DNA of 64,000 nt from Cetorhinus maximus (taxonomy: Eukaryota), in NCBI RefSeq assembly GCF_964194155.1, contig NC_135884.1, positions 24,862,001 through 24,926,000 on the forward strand, written 5' to 3'. Made by a program: the position numbers and the translations under genes. Under the pieces are notes generated by a model that was not told the origin of the DNA, did no database searches, and worked only from the letters and a program-made list of their open reading frames with translations. This document shows positions 34,592-47,059 of this stretch, piece by piece. The first letter of the stretch is position 1, and each line of letters starts with the position of its first letter.

Positions 34592-34820
34592 TTAAAACTG
34601 ACTGCTGATTTCTTCAGTTTGTAAGCCATCCGCAATATAAAAGTAGCTTCTGCAAAGCTCTCGGTAGAGCGTGATATATCTGGAGGCTCTTTTTGTCCGC
34701 GGAACCACAAACCTCTCGGTAAATTCAGTCCTACTGAGCTGTCGTTTACTTTGTGCTGCCAACACACGGTTGATGAAGGTCAGTGCATAGGAATAGCAGT
34801 TGTGCTCATATTCATTGTAC
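34592..34820 (-). CDS. MKRN2OS: MKRN2OS last coding exon
   Basis: ttatag|(R)YNEYEHNCYSYALTFINRVL..FTERFVVPRTKRASRYITLYRELCRSYFYIADG..SSQF*; minus-strand AATAAA at 34528-34523 and 34503-34498. Confidence 0.92.
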
Positions 34821-37800
34821 CTATAATTATACACAATAATAATCATATTTAGAAAATTGATTATTGTGATTGCCATGGTTATTAAATAGTAGCTTTGAAC
34901 TGCTGGGTATAGATGGAATAGGTAAGAGGCAAAGACCTACGGAAGGATACATTCTACACCATTATAGTGCATCATGTGAGATTTGTAGGTTAATGATGGT
35001 CAGATGGAGTTGGATGGTAATGTGTATTTTTTTTTTTACAGGTCTCTCTCATAAATTAAGTATACATTGTATTATACAGGCTGTATTATCTATATTCAAT
35101 GTGTGGGGGCATAATGAAAACATAAAAAGAAACTGCCCTTATAAGGATTGGAATTTGCTCCAATAAGTTCTTTACTATGTTCATGTGTAGCTGCATCCTG
35201 ACATTTGTTTTTTGCAAAGCAAAAAAATTTACAGATATTTGTTTCATTGTTTTTGGTCAATTCTGTAATATGAGTGAGGATTCTGCAGCAATGATGCTCC
35301 AAAATGTTATTTGTTTTTTTCTCAATCTGTTCTCATGAAGCTGTTGTCTCAAGCCAGAGTTGAGTTTCAGGGATGCCAATATCTCCAAATGGCTCTTTGT
35401 GACAATCATGAAGCAACAATCATGAAGGGCCAATCTTCACAACCAAGCCCAGCCTGACTTCACCTAGCATCCACACATGCTCACTTACAGCAAGAGCTGG
35501 CAGGAGCCGATACTACCACCCCAGATTTAAACAACTAACACATCAGAGACGAGCAAATCAAACCTATATCTTCTCAGCTCACCGTGACTCAGCACTACAC
35601 CAAACAATGCAGTTATTCACTGGTGAAAATGGAAGGAAACGGGGAGTGGAGTAAAGGGAAGGAGGGATGTACAAAATGTCTTACCTTCTAAGATTTTACT
35701 AAGGAATACACCTTTGCTAATTTATCAAAATGATAATCATAAAAAGAATAAATTCTAAGGCCAGAATTTTCAGGATGGTGGGGGCCCGAGTCGGTGGGGA
35801 ACACAATGTCATTTCACCCTCTAACAAGCATTGATTGGCAGAAGGCGGGACTTCTGCCCGTCACCAGGAGGAAGTCCTGCCTTGGAGAGCTGCCAGCTAA
35901 TCAGGTTGGCCGGTAGCTCTCCAGTCATTCCAGGAACAGCACTGCAGTGGCTGGCAGAGGCACCACAGCTAGCTGCCTGGAACTAAGTGCCAGGAATCAG
36001 AGGAGAGGTAAATGGCAGAGGTTATGGGGGTGGGGAGGACAGGGAAGACCTGGTGGGGGGGGGTCACAAGTTGGGCAATTGGGGTCTTGGGGGATGGGTT
36101 GGTTGTGGGGGGAGGGGGGTCCAGAGGTCACCAGGGCCTAAGGGGAGGGTGTCCCCAGTCAGAAGGGGGCTTCTGATGGAGGACACCCTCCACTTCCTGC
36201 CAGAGATCAAACTTTGTTCAGTTTCAGGTTTCCCCCCCGCCCAGATCTATCATCCGCTCGTCAGTCTAAAAATTGAGGCTGGGCCGGAAAAGACCCTTAA
36301 GCAGCTATTAAGTGGCCACTTAAGGGCCTTAATTAGGGCAAGGGTGGGCCTCCCGTCCAAGGCCTTGCCCACTCTAGCCCAAAATCACGACCAGGTCAGA
36401 GCAGGTGGGATCCCAGAGGGAATCCCATCTATGCAATTTCATGCTCCCCCGACCACTACCTCAGAACCCGCCAGGGGTGGGGGAGGGGGAAGTGTAAAAT
36501 TCTGGCCTAAGTCTGATATAGAAAAGCACAGCTGCAATTGGAGCACTCATGTGCAATGGTTTTGGTGCAATAGTCTATGTAATGTGAATTATATAGATCA
36601 ATTGCACAATGAGGTTTAGTAGCTGAGTTCACTGCAATGCTATATCATCTGTATTAAATCTACTATACTAATGAATTGTCATAGAGGGAGTTAAAATGTG
36701 GAATTATCTGCCACAAAATCAATGAAGCAGAACCAATTGAGTTATTTTGAAAGGAAATTAGATAAATATTTCAGAAATAATATTAAAGGTATGGGCAGTG
36801 AGCGAGAGACTGGGATTAAATCAAGGTTTTACATGGCGAAATCATCATCAACATAAACTTGATAGGCCAAATGACCTGTGCTATGTTTCATACCTGTTTG
36901 GTAGCCATAAATCAGTTGTGGAGAATTGTTCCAAATAAAGATCCCACTGGTTAATTAAACTGTACATGTCTGGTTGTACTAGTGGAACACAAACACATTC
37001 CTCCCAACCACAATCAGCTCTTTGGACACCAGTTTCAATGTAATTGTACACAACACCTGTAAAAAAAGATAGTATGAACTAAAAGGGCTACTGCATGCAG
37101 CATATTTTAATGTATATTAAATCTGGGATATTTAAGTTAGAATTTTAGTAAAACTCTGAGTTGGATAGATTTCTCCTAAAGGAATGGTTTCATCCTACTG
37201 GTCTCTGGCTTTTCCTTCATGGAAAAAGACCCCTTTGCTGCACAGGCATATCACCTGGTCACTAATAGTGCAGTATTGATGCCAAAGGTTGTGTCCTCCT
37301 GCCTGAGAAGAATAGTATGGGTGAAAGAAGAGGCAGTAAATAGGGCAATTATTGTCAGAATTATAAATTTCATACCAAACTCCCAATCATCCTATGAATA
37401 AGTTTTAAAGAACTAAAATCAGAAAATGGTACCAAACTTTTTTTTGTCCTAATTATTCTTAAAACTTTGTATCCTTCTTCACTGTGTATTTTCTGTAAGG
37501 TTTTTGGAGTATTTGTCATTTTTTGCTTAAATTGCTATTTTTTTAACTAAAAAGAAGTGTGATATTTTTAAACTCACCACTGGTATTTGAGATTCCAACA
37601 TGAAGATCAGATCTCCCATCGTATTCTCTAGAGAACAATGTATACATAGATGTTAAACTACTGTCCTTCAGAACACTATTTTTACACATTAACAGGGTAA
37701 TAAAATATTTGCTGGTAAAAAACGTAGAAAGGAAATAAATAGGGGAGCGTACAAATTAAAGAAAGAATCATAATAAATAATGAAAGGAACGAAAAATAAG

Positions 37801-40517
37801 AGAAAAAGATGTTTACAAAATATATAAGCAAGTTAGAAAGAAAGTAAATATAACAAGGTACAAAAGGAAAGGAAAGAATCACAGAAGGGGGCCATTCAGC
37901 CTGTTGTGTGCATGCTGACTCACCACAAAAGCAACTTAGCTGTCCCACTCCTCCATCCAACCCCACCCCATCACCCCCAGCCCTGCAAATCTTTTCTCTT
38001 CAGATAATTACTCAATTCCCATTTGAAAGTCATGATTGAGTCTGCCTCCACGTTACTCTCAGGCAGTGCATTCCAGATCCTGACCACACGCTGTGTAAAA
38101 ACGTTTTCTTCATGTTGCCTTTGGTTCTTTTACCATTCACCTTAAATCAGGGCCCTCTGGTTCTCAACTCTTTAACTAATGGGAACAGCTTCTCCCTATT
38201 TATTCTGTCCAAAACCCTCATGATCTCGAACACCTCTATCAAATCTCCTCTCAGCCTTCTCTTTAATGAAAACAACCCCAGCTTCTCCGACCTATCCACA
38301 TAACTGAAGCTCCGCCTCTCAAGAAACGTTCTTGAAAATACTTTCTGTAACTCTCTAATGCCTTCACACCCTTCCTAAAGTGTGGTGCCCAGAACTGGGC
38401 ACAATACTCCAGTTGAGGCCGAACCTGTAAATTTGCAATGACTTCCTTTCTTTTATATTCTATACCCCTATTTATAAAAGCCCAGGATTCCATATGCCTT
38501 ATTAACCACTTTCTTAACCTGCTCTGCCACCTTCAACAATTTGTGCACCTATATCTGCAAGTCCCTCTGCTCCTGCACCTCCTTTAGAATGAATGACGAA
38601 AAATAAATCAAAAGAAAGTTGGAGAGAAAGTCCAAGTTAGGAAAATAAAGAACAGAAAGCAAAGTATTAATTCAAATAAGGAAGGAAGAAAATTATAAGT
38701 AATTGAAAATTAAACTTCATTGTGCACTATAACGCCCTTTTATTACCAAAATCCTATTTTCTTTCCAATCCTATTACTGTTACCAGAGTGAAATTTTCAA
38801 TTTGTGTAAATTTACATTCTACCTGCTACAATATTGAAATAAAGACCTGTAAAACGTACAAGTGCTATACCTGTGAAAGGGAGGTTCTGTTTAATGAAGT
38901 CTGGGCACTAGCCTGCTTTGGCAATTAATAATCCAGAGCTTTGTCACTTAGGTGTTACCTAAAGAAAAGAAAAAGCCTACATGGTGCCTTCCATATCCCA
39001 GGATATCTCAACACATTTTGCAATTTATGAAGTCCTTCATGAAATGTTGCTGTTGTAATTCAGGAAATATAACAGCCAATTTGCAAAGAGCGAGCTCTCA
39101 CAAACAACAACAAAGTAAATGGCCAATCAACTTTTTCTTAAGGTGTTGAAGGGTAAATGTTGGCTCAGACACTGGAAGAACTCACTTGCTCTTTTTCGCA
39201 GACTGCTGTGGGATCGTTAACATTCACTGAGAGGACATACTGTTTAATCCAAAAGATGACACCACCATCTGTGCAGCACTCTGATAGTACAGTGCCAAAG
39301 CATCAGCCCAGATTATGTGCTCAAATATAACTTGAACCTACAACCTTCTGACTCCAATGCAAGAGAATGCTACCGCTGATCTAAATAATCAGTGAACAAC
39401 AGGGTTTTCTGTCATGTAACAAAACAGTTATTTAGGGAACAATAAGGTTTGGCTATTTTCTGTAAGTCTTTGGTATTTGCCAAGAATTCTGTGCTTCTCC
39501 TACAAATACAGAACATCTTGTGTCATTAACCTTCTCCTGATGCATCTCAACAAATTCAACTGTCACTTGGTGAACCAGAGTTGGAACATATAGGCTATGG
39601 GAAATCTGATTTGGTGCTAACATTCCAGGTCAATTTCTGCTTGTCCTTCAGTGCAACCATCAGGTCCAATCTGTGATACATCAGTCTCTTATACCATTTA
39701 TAACTGTTATACGATTTATCACACTATAAGAACATCACATGTACAGTGTTAATGGCACACTTCTCAAAAATACACTGTTCCCAGAGAATATGCATTGTTC
39801 TTGGTTCTACTTTGCTCTCTGGAAACAATTCTTGAAAGTCTCAAAAGCTTTAGTTCTTCATCTTAAAGGTATAATTAATCTATACTTTATATGAATATGC
39901 AGGACCTGTTTCCTCTGGTGTTGGGTGAATAACACTAAATACACATAATCAAACAGCAAAAACACCTGAAAATAAAAACGGATTATCCAACTAAACTGGA
40001 TGAGACAGGAAATCAAGCCAACTTCAACTCCACCACACCCACACCCACCACAAGCCGAACGAGTCTAATGGTACACATTTCTTAAACTGTGTTCCGTTTG
40101 TAAGAGTACCTTTACATTCTTTGCAGTTAGTCGTAGAAAATGTGGTCTATTATTTTAACATATAAAATTAGATTTCGCATGTTTTATGCAGTTTCAAACT
40201 GTATCACCGAACCTGAACCAGTTTTTAGTGTATAGCAGAAGATTTGGGGATTAATTTGATGCTGTAAATTATCTCCGTTTGACTATCGACAGTCTTTACC
40301 TCAGGAACGATCCTTTAGTAGGTTTGATCAGGAATGAGCACTTCTCATGATGACCATCTACAAAGGAGTTAGGAATACTGACAGGGGCATCTTCCAGCCT
40401 TCGTCCCAGAAAACTCTGACCACAGATTGGACACTCCTCGGGTATACTAAAACAATAAATATCTTTCTGGCAGTGACGAAACATTATAATACGATTCTCC
40501 ATTTCTTCCTTTACCAT
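34592..40517 (-). CDS. MKRN2OS: MKRN2 opposite strand protein (C3orf83/DUF4796), whole spliced CDS, 4 exons, 219 aa
   Basis: complement(join(34592-34820,36894-37056,37578-37627,40300-40517)), 660 nt, GT-AG, in frame. Motifs LEDAPVSI, EKCSFL, EYDGRSDLHVGI, GVVYNY, QWD.YLE, HNCYSYALTFIN and VVPRT match what I recall of vertebrate MKRN2OS; syntenic between TSEN2 and MKRN2. Confidence 0.93.
35759..36507. mobile_element. PIF/Harbinger-type MITE in MKRN2OS intron 3
   Basis: Perfect 12-bp TIR GGCCAGAATTTT / AAAATTCTGGCC with TAA target duplication (35756-58, 36508-10). Confidence 0.88.
36894..37056 (-). CDS. MKRN2OS: MKRN2OS exon 3 (163 nt)
   Basis: ttttacag|(G)VVYNYIETGVQRADCGWEECVCVPLVQPDMYSLINQWDLYLEQFSTTDLWLPN(R)|GTATGA. 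Confidence 0.92.
37578..37627 (-). CDS. MKRN2OS: MKRN2OS exon 2 (50 nt)
   Basis: ctctag|A EYDGRSDLHVGISNTS G|GTGAGT. Confidence 0.92.
37870..38590 (-). mobile_element. CR1 LINE 3' fragment
   Basis: Minus ORF FINRGIEYK..VRPQLEYCAQFWAPHFRK, plus the CR1 tail. Confidence 0.85.
38970..39375 (-). mobile_element. Deu-domain-like SINE
   Basis: Reverse complement of the 12110/41360 SINE (cttgaaccta caaccttctgactc head; gggtaaatgttggc core). Confidence 0.6.
40300..40517 (-). CDS. MKRN2OS: MKRN2OS coding exon 1
   Basis: MVKEEMENRIIMFRHC..CPICG..LEDAPVSIPNSFVDGHHEKCSFLIKPTKGSFL(R); donor AG|GTAAAG. Confidence 0.92.
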
Positions 40518-40599
40518 ACAGTGAGGTACAGAAGTCCCTAAACTACAGGTAATTTATTACAATTCTGGGGTCACTTTAAATACCAACTTCCTAGTTAGT

Positions 40600-40770
40600 A
40601 ACAATGTAATTAACAGATGCAAGAGCCAATGAGAATTTGAATATAAATTAATAAACGCCATTTAGGATTACTGGTCCAATCAAAGGCATCGGGAGGAGGA
40701 GCTCGGCTTGTATCAAAGTGAGTTGCTCCCATTCCACTATTGGATACAGCGCAGATCTGTAGGGAGCAAA
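40600..40770 (-). promoter_or_regulatory. Candidate proximal promoter of MKRN2OS (CCAAT boxes + purine-rich GC-box-like)
   Basis: CCAAT at ~40626 and ~40676, ATTGG at ~40739 and GGGAGGAGGAG at 40691, all within 250 nt of the ATG. Confidence 0.4.
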
Positions 40771-41359
40771 GAAAAGGGAGAGGCAGATTCTGTGGTGAAA
40801 TATTAACGTGCCTTTTTTTCAGGCTGTGGTGCAGCTGCTGTGTATTTCTAACATTTTCTGTTATTTTATACTATTTTTTCATGTGTTGGAGCTAGAGGCA
40901 GAGACAAACCAACTCTAATTAGAAATGATTTTTTTACATCCTAACCTATATATAAAAAAGACAAAAAGCAGTAGCCTCACTGCTAAGGCCTGTTTAATAG
41001 ACTTTGTTTGTGTAGGCTGTGTTGAACAACCTTATCCAAAGTCAGCCGTGTAAACCAGCAATGCAGTAAATTCATGCCACATTCTTGATTTCTTTTTCAA
41101 CCTTTTTGAGTCAAAGGCAAAACAATTCTAGGTACAGACATGATTGGCAATACAATTCTATTTTTTTTAATCACTGACCAATCAAATCATAGTGTTACTG
41201 TATTGAGAGGGAAAAGCAAGCCTGTATAAACCAGAGTGCTCCGTAACAAGTGACTATTGAACCAAATGCTGTGAGCACTCTAAAATACAATTGTCATTCA
41301 AACTAAAACCAGTGTATTGTCATTGAGAAAAGGGCAAACGAAAGATACACATCAGAAGT

Positions 41360-41760
41360 CAGCTGTGGCTCTATGCTGGTGCTTAAGCCTCTAGTCAGAA
41401 AATTAGTTCACATCCTACTCCAGAGATTTGAGCACATAATCTAGGCTAAAACTCCAGTGCAGTACTGAGGGAGTGCTACATATTTGCAAGTACCGTCTTT
41501 TGGTGAAATGTTAAATCAAGGCCCTGTTTGCCATCTCTGGTGGACTAAAATATTCCATGCTAGTTTGAAGAGAGGGGGAGTTGTTCCCTGGTGGTTTGAT
41601 CAAGATTTATTACTCAATCACAAAAACAGATTATCTGGTTATCATATAGCTGTTGGTGGGAACTTGCTTGTGTTTCCTACATACAGTGACTACACTTAAA
41701 AAGTATTTCATTGGCTGCATTTGGGAAGTTGTTAAAGCACTATATAAATACAAGCTATTT
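41360..41760 (+). mobile_element. Deu-domain-like SINE
   Basis: gctgtggctc head, tgagcacataatctaggct..cagtgcagtactgagggagtgct, tail gcactatataaatacaag. Confidence 0.65.
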
Positions 41761-43040
41761 TTTTCAAAGTGGGTATAATGGCACAATTCTAAGATATCAA
41801 ATCATCTAAACCTCAAGATTTATGTAAATATATCTGTAATAATATTTCCTATAATATGCTGTATTCTCTTACTGTTATAAATTGTACTTTTCTGTTGCCT
41901 TTGAATAAATGTGTAATAAGGGTATTTCAGTGGAGAGGATTTTGTTAATAAGTGCCAGGATGTAAGAACATTCATCTCATGATGTAGAATCTCCATATTA
42001 ATAGGAAGAAATCCTTTTCATAACATATTGAGTTATTTGCATACTTGGAAATATAATGTGGCACAATTTTGGAAGATATTCTTTCATACACAAAACATGA
42101 ATCGTGATGTGATTTTTACTTTTTAATCCAAGTTTGGAACATTCCATTATTGAACAACAATCAAAACTTGCATTTATATAGCACCTTTAGCGTAGTAAAA
42201 CTTTCCAAACCATTGGACTTCACCAAACCATTATCAGACAAAATTTGATACCAAGCCACTTAAGAGGTATCAAACTATTAAGATATTAAGAGATAAACTT
42301 GGTCAAAGAGGTAGGTTTTAAGGACTAAGGACTTTTAAAGGACGTGAGAGAAGTAGAGACTTTGCCTGCAGAGAAAAGCTGGAATAACAACAACAGAAAC
42401 AACAATTCGCATTTCTGTAGCACTTCTAACTTAGAGGAAGAAATCTCAAAGCCCTTAGAAGGACAAAATAGTGCCTGAGAGGGGAAGAGGAAGGTATAGA
42501 AAGGGTTGGGGAAACCAAAAGTGCAGATAAGGTTTTTTGAGGATGGTTTTAAAAGCAAGGTAGAGGGTACTGGCCATGAACTTTGAGAGGGCAGGAGTGT
42601 AATCACTGAATGATTAGCAAACAGTGATGCAGCAGAGAGACAGTAGCTCAGTGTCAGAGCAGCAAAGGGTGAGTGAAAAGATGTAAGGCAGGAGAAGATC
42701 GCTAAGGTAGGGCAGACAAGCCATGGATGGATTTGAATGCAAGGAAAATAATTTTGAACCCAACTTGCTAGAGCATTGGTATCCAATGAAGCTTGCAGTG
42801 GATATAGATATGGGATTTTGTGCAGATGAGAATGTGACCTGTAGTGTTTTGAGAAAGTAAAGGTGTGAAAGATTGAGGCTTGGAAGTTGGCTAGGACAGC
42901 GGTATGAAAAAGTCAAATCTCAAGATGATGAAGGTACAAGAAGGGGTGGAAGTGGATAATCTTGCAGGAAAGGAAGAAAGATCTCTGTTCACATGCATGT
43001 GGAAAAGGTAGACAAACTTTGGGTTTGGCAGTACATTTCT

Positions 43041-43210
43041 TGAAATAAAAACAGAAAATGGTGGAAACACTCAGCGGGTCTGGCAGTGTGAAAGGCCACA
43101 GGCCTGAAATATTAACTCTTGCTATCTGCACAGGTGTCGCCAGACCCACTGAGTGTTTCCATCATTTTCTGTTTTTATTTCAGATTTCCAGTATTTCACT
43201 TTTGTGGTGC
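43041..43210. mobile_element. Penelope-like inverted terminal structure (44-bp IR) inside an L2 relic
   Basis: 43041-43084 is the inverted copy of 43139-43182 (2 mismatches); the loop contains ggccacaggcc-tGAAAtattaact. Confidence 0.6.
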
Positions 43211-43959
43211 ATTTCCTGAATCAGCCAGACGGGGTGTGTGAGGAGATTGATGGAGTCAAGGGAAGAAGTAGTTTTGTAAGCATTGTAGTATTCGAAATGG
43301 ACGGCTTTGGGTTTTGGATTTGCCAACATTAAGCTGAGCAAAATTTTGACTCATTCGATTCTTGATGTTGGAGTGTAGCAACAGCTTTTGGATGAATGAT
43401 GAAGGCAGGAGCTGGGGGTTTTCAGCTTACACATGGGAAGCTGACTTCCCCTGAGGTATGCTGGAGTTGTTCGTTTTTGTTAGGAAACATGCCTCGAGGT
43501 ACAAGTGGGAATTAGATAAGGAGGAAATGGAGAGATGTGAAGGATAGTGGATTATACGTCATTGTGTCACAGAGCCAAATGTTTAGCATTTCAACACAAT
43601 AACACTTACTGTTATTGACAGTAAAGATGAACTTAAGTGGTAATTTAAGATAATCAGAACTGGAATGTGGCAAATATTTTAACCAGAAAAGTATCGCCCT
43701 ATGCTGGTTGGCTCAGTACTTCCCAGTTTTAACTTGAGAAAGCAAGTTGAAAGTCCTTGGCTCTTCAGGTTGGGAAGCCATCAAAGTTTAAAAGAAAACA
43801 GGAAAATCAGAGGGCTGTAGTTAGGTGAATCTAAACCTGTGTTTAAAAGCCTGAAGATTTAAAGAGGAAAGAACGACTGAAGACGGTAAGAAAGTCTGCC
43901 ACAGTTGCTCACTATTCCAGAATCATCCTGGAATGTAAAGATAACCCTGGCTTCTTTTT

Positions 43960-45400
43960 CCTACTGTAAACCATCTTTTTAAACCTCTTTCCACTGTATT
44001 CACCACCCTTACTTCAAACAGCAAGTGCAAGGAGCTCATAAACCTCTTTGTCACTAAGATTGAGACCATTTAATCAGCTGTCTCTGCTGCTTCCTTCCCT
44101 CCCTCGAGGCCACCGGACCAACTGTCCTCCAAGCTTTCCCCCTGCCCTTGCCTTGAACTTGCATCTTTCTCTAGTTGGTTGTCTGTTGTCCCTCATGCCC
44201 TTTCCGAGTTCATCTTGTCCATGAGACCTACTTTCTACTCCCTCAACCCTATTCCCATTAAACTGTGGACCACCCAACTTAGTTTCCTGGCTTCCATGTT
44301 AGCTGATATTGTTAAATCGTTCTTTCTCCTCAGGTACTGCTCCTCCTCTCCTTCACCCTTCTCAAAAAAAAATCCTTGACTCCTCTGTCCTTGCAAACTA
44401 CCACCACATTTCCAACTCTTTTTCCTCTCTAAACTCCTTGAACATGTTGTCACCTCCCAAATCCATGTCCATCTTTCCTGGAGCTCCAAATTTCAATCCC
44501 AAAACCATTCTTATCAAATCACAAGTGATATTCTATGTGACCACGATAAAAGTAAACTTTCCCTCCTATCCCTCTTGACCTGCCTGCAGGTTTTGACACA
44601 ATTAACCACAGCATCTTCCACAACACATCCTCACTGTCTTCCAACTGGGAGGCATTGTGCTCCTCTGGTTTTATTGTTATCTATCTAATGGTAGCCAGAG
44701 AATCACATGAATGACTACTTCTTCCTCCCGCGCAGTTACCTCTGGTGACCTCCTAAGGACCTTGCCTTGTCTCCCTTTTTTTTTAACCTACATGCTGCCT
44801 CTCAGCAACATTATCCAAAAAAAAGCACAGTTTCCACATGCTTGCTGACAACATCCAGTTCGACCTCACCATCTCTTCTGACCCCTCCACTTTCTCTAAA
44901 TTGTCAGTCTGCTTGTCTGACAATTAGTGCTGGAAAAATAGAAATTCCCTCCAAATAAATGTTGGAAAGACTGACGACATTGTCTTTGGTCACCACTTCA
45001 AACTCCGTTCTCCAGCCATCGACTTCATCCCTCCCCTTGGCAATTGTTTGAGTCTGAACCAGACTGTCTGTAACCTTGGTATCATACTTGACCTTGAGGT
45101 GAGTTTTCGACCACGTATCTGTACCAGCACTAAAACCACCAATTTCTACCTTGGTAACATCATCTGCCTCTGTCCCTGCTCTTGCTCATCTGCCGCTGAA
45201 ACTTTCATCCTTGCCTTTGTTACTTCTAGACTTGACTATTCCAAGTAATACCTGTCCGACCTTCCACATTATACCCTCCATATACCTAAGGTCATTCAAA
45301 ACTCTGCTGCCTGACTTGTCCTGTTCACCTCATCATTCCTGTGCTCGCTGATCTACAATAGCGTCCGTAAAGCAACACTTCAGTTTTTAAATTTTCATCC
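43960..45400 (+). mobile_element. L2-type LINE RT relic
   Basis: cttgcaaactaccacc..tccaactc (ANYRPISNL), cttgacctgcctgcaggttttgacac (LDLSAAFDT), gttacttctagacttgactatt (VTSRLDYS). Confidence 0.8.
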
Positions 45401-47059
45401 TTGTTATACCTGAACACTCAGGTGAGGGAGCAAAGGTCAGTTGGTGCCAACTTCAGCCCAGAAGTAGAAAAAGGAGAAAAAATTAGTGAGAGAACAAAGT
45501 TTTATGTTCAAAATAATCCACTACAAAATCTACATGATGGGGTGCTTACTTATTTCACAATTGAGGATGACTTCAGAGCTCATGAGTGCCTTATAGTTCT
45601 CGTGTGGAATAAACTACACCATTCCTGTGATATTTGTGACAGCCTTTTTAAAAATTCCCTTAGAATGGCTAAATTCACTGGATCATTTGAGATTCAGATA
45701 TCCTTTCATGGAGTGTATAATGGAGCTTGTGTAAATGTTTTGTTTCACAAGCACATGAAAAAATAAGAATTGGAACATGCTGAAGCACCTACAGAAGCAG
45801 AATGTCACTTCAACTTCACACAGCTGCAGAAAGTTTAATAATATTCCTCTAAAGGACATTAATTTCAGCTGTAGAAAAGAGAAAAATTATGTTTCCACTC
45901 TGAGATCTACCCTACTTGATAAAACTAATAAAAAAGGTAATTGGGTTTATATATATATATATATATATTTTATTTAATATGGCTGTCATGTGAAACTAGA
46001 TACTGATATTAATTTTTTTGATTGACTTCTAAAGATTATTTGCAATTCTTTATAGTATTCAAGTACCAAATTGAGAACCTGACAAATGTGTAGATACTAA
46101 CAGTAATCTTTACTAATCTATAAACTAAAACTATGTACAGGTAGCACAACAAAACTGTCATAAGTGTATAGATGGTTAGGATCTAAAAATTACTCACCTC
46201 AAAATTCACTTTGAGGTTATTTGTAGTGACTAGTGATGCTGGAATTCAAGAAATATTTTGAAATATTTCAGTGATACTGGACTACACTCAAAGAATACAC
46301 TTAACAGTCTTAATGACATAGAGAATTCAAGATCCTTCCTGAACCTCCAAATATCTAATACTTTTGAACTCTCAGGATTTCACAATACCATATAACTTAA
46401 ACAGTAGCACCCACATGCAGCACACTCAAGTTACCAAAAATAACACTCAACATCCTCCTACATGACACATTCAGTATAGAAAAATAGGCCCATTTTGCTA
46501 CTAACTGATCTTATAATTGTACTGATATTTGTTTTGTTCATAATTAATTTGGAAAAATAACAATCTGTACCTCCATTTCAAACACAGAAATAAATTGGGG
46601 AAAAAATAGCATTTTTTTTTTTGAAAATCTGATTCTTGGTCTCTAGTTTTCACGTTACATATTGCCTGGTGTACACAATGAAAAAACTGAAACAAACAAA
46701 AACATTTGGAAATAGTTAATCCAACAACATCTGTAGAGAAGACAGACCAATTGTACCCGAGACTTTGCGCAATTGGTGGGCACCACAGGCATTGGGGTGT
46801 ATGTTAAACACTAGGCATGATGTTTAATCATCTCCTCAGGCCAATTTTGAAATATTTGAATAGTGTCTTCTTTATAATGAAAACAGAAAATGCTGCAAAT
46901 ACTCAGCTTCGGGTGTCACACTTTGTTTTATAATGCTCCTGTGAAGCTCTCTGGGACTTTTCATTATGTTAAAGATGCTATATAAATGTAAGCTGTTGTT
47001 GGTGGTGGTGGTGGTGTCCAGCTGCTCTGAGAGTCCAAGCGCCAAGACAGGGGAGTGAA

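Noticed and set aside
35987-36619. 210-aa Gly-rich ORF
   Set aside because: It lies mostly within a GC-rich Harbinger MITE and has no recognisable domain.
39430-39870. Possible decayed hAT transposase C-terminus on the minus strand (EFLANTKDLQKIAKPYCS)
   Set aside because: Too short and stop-riddled to support by eye; needs tBLASTn/Dfam.
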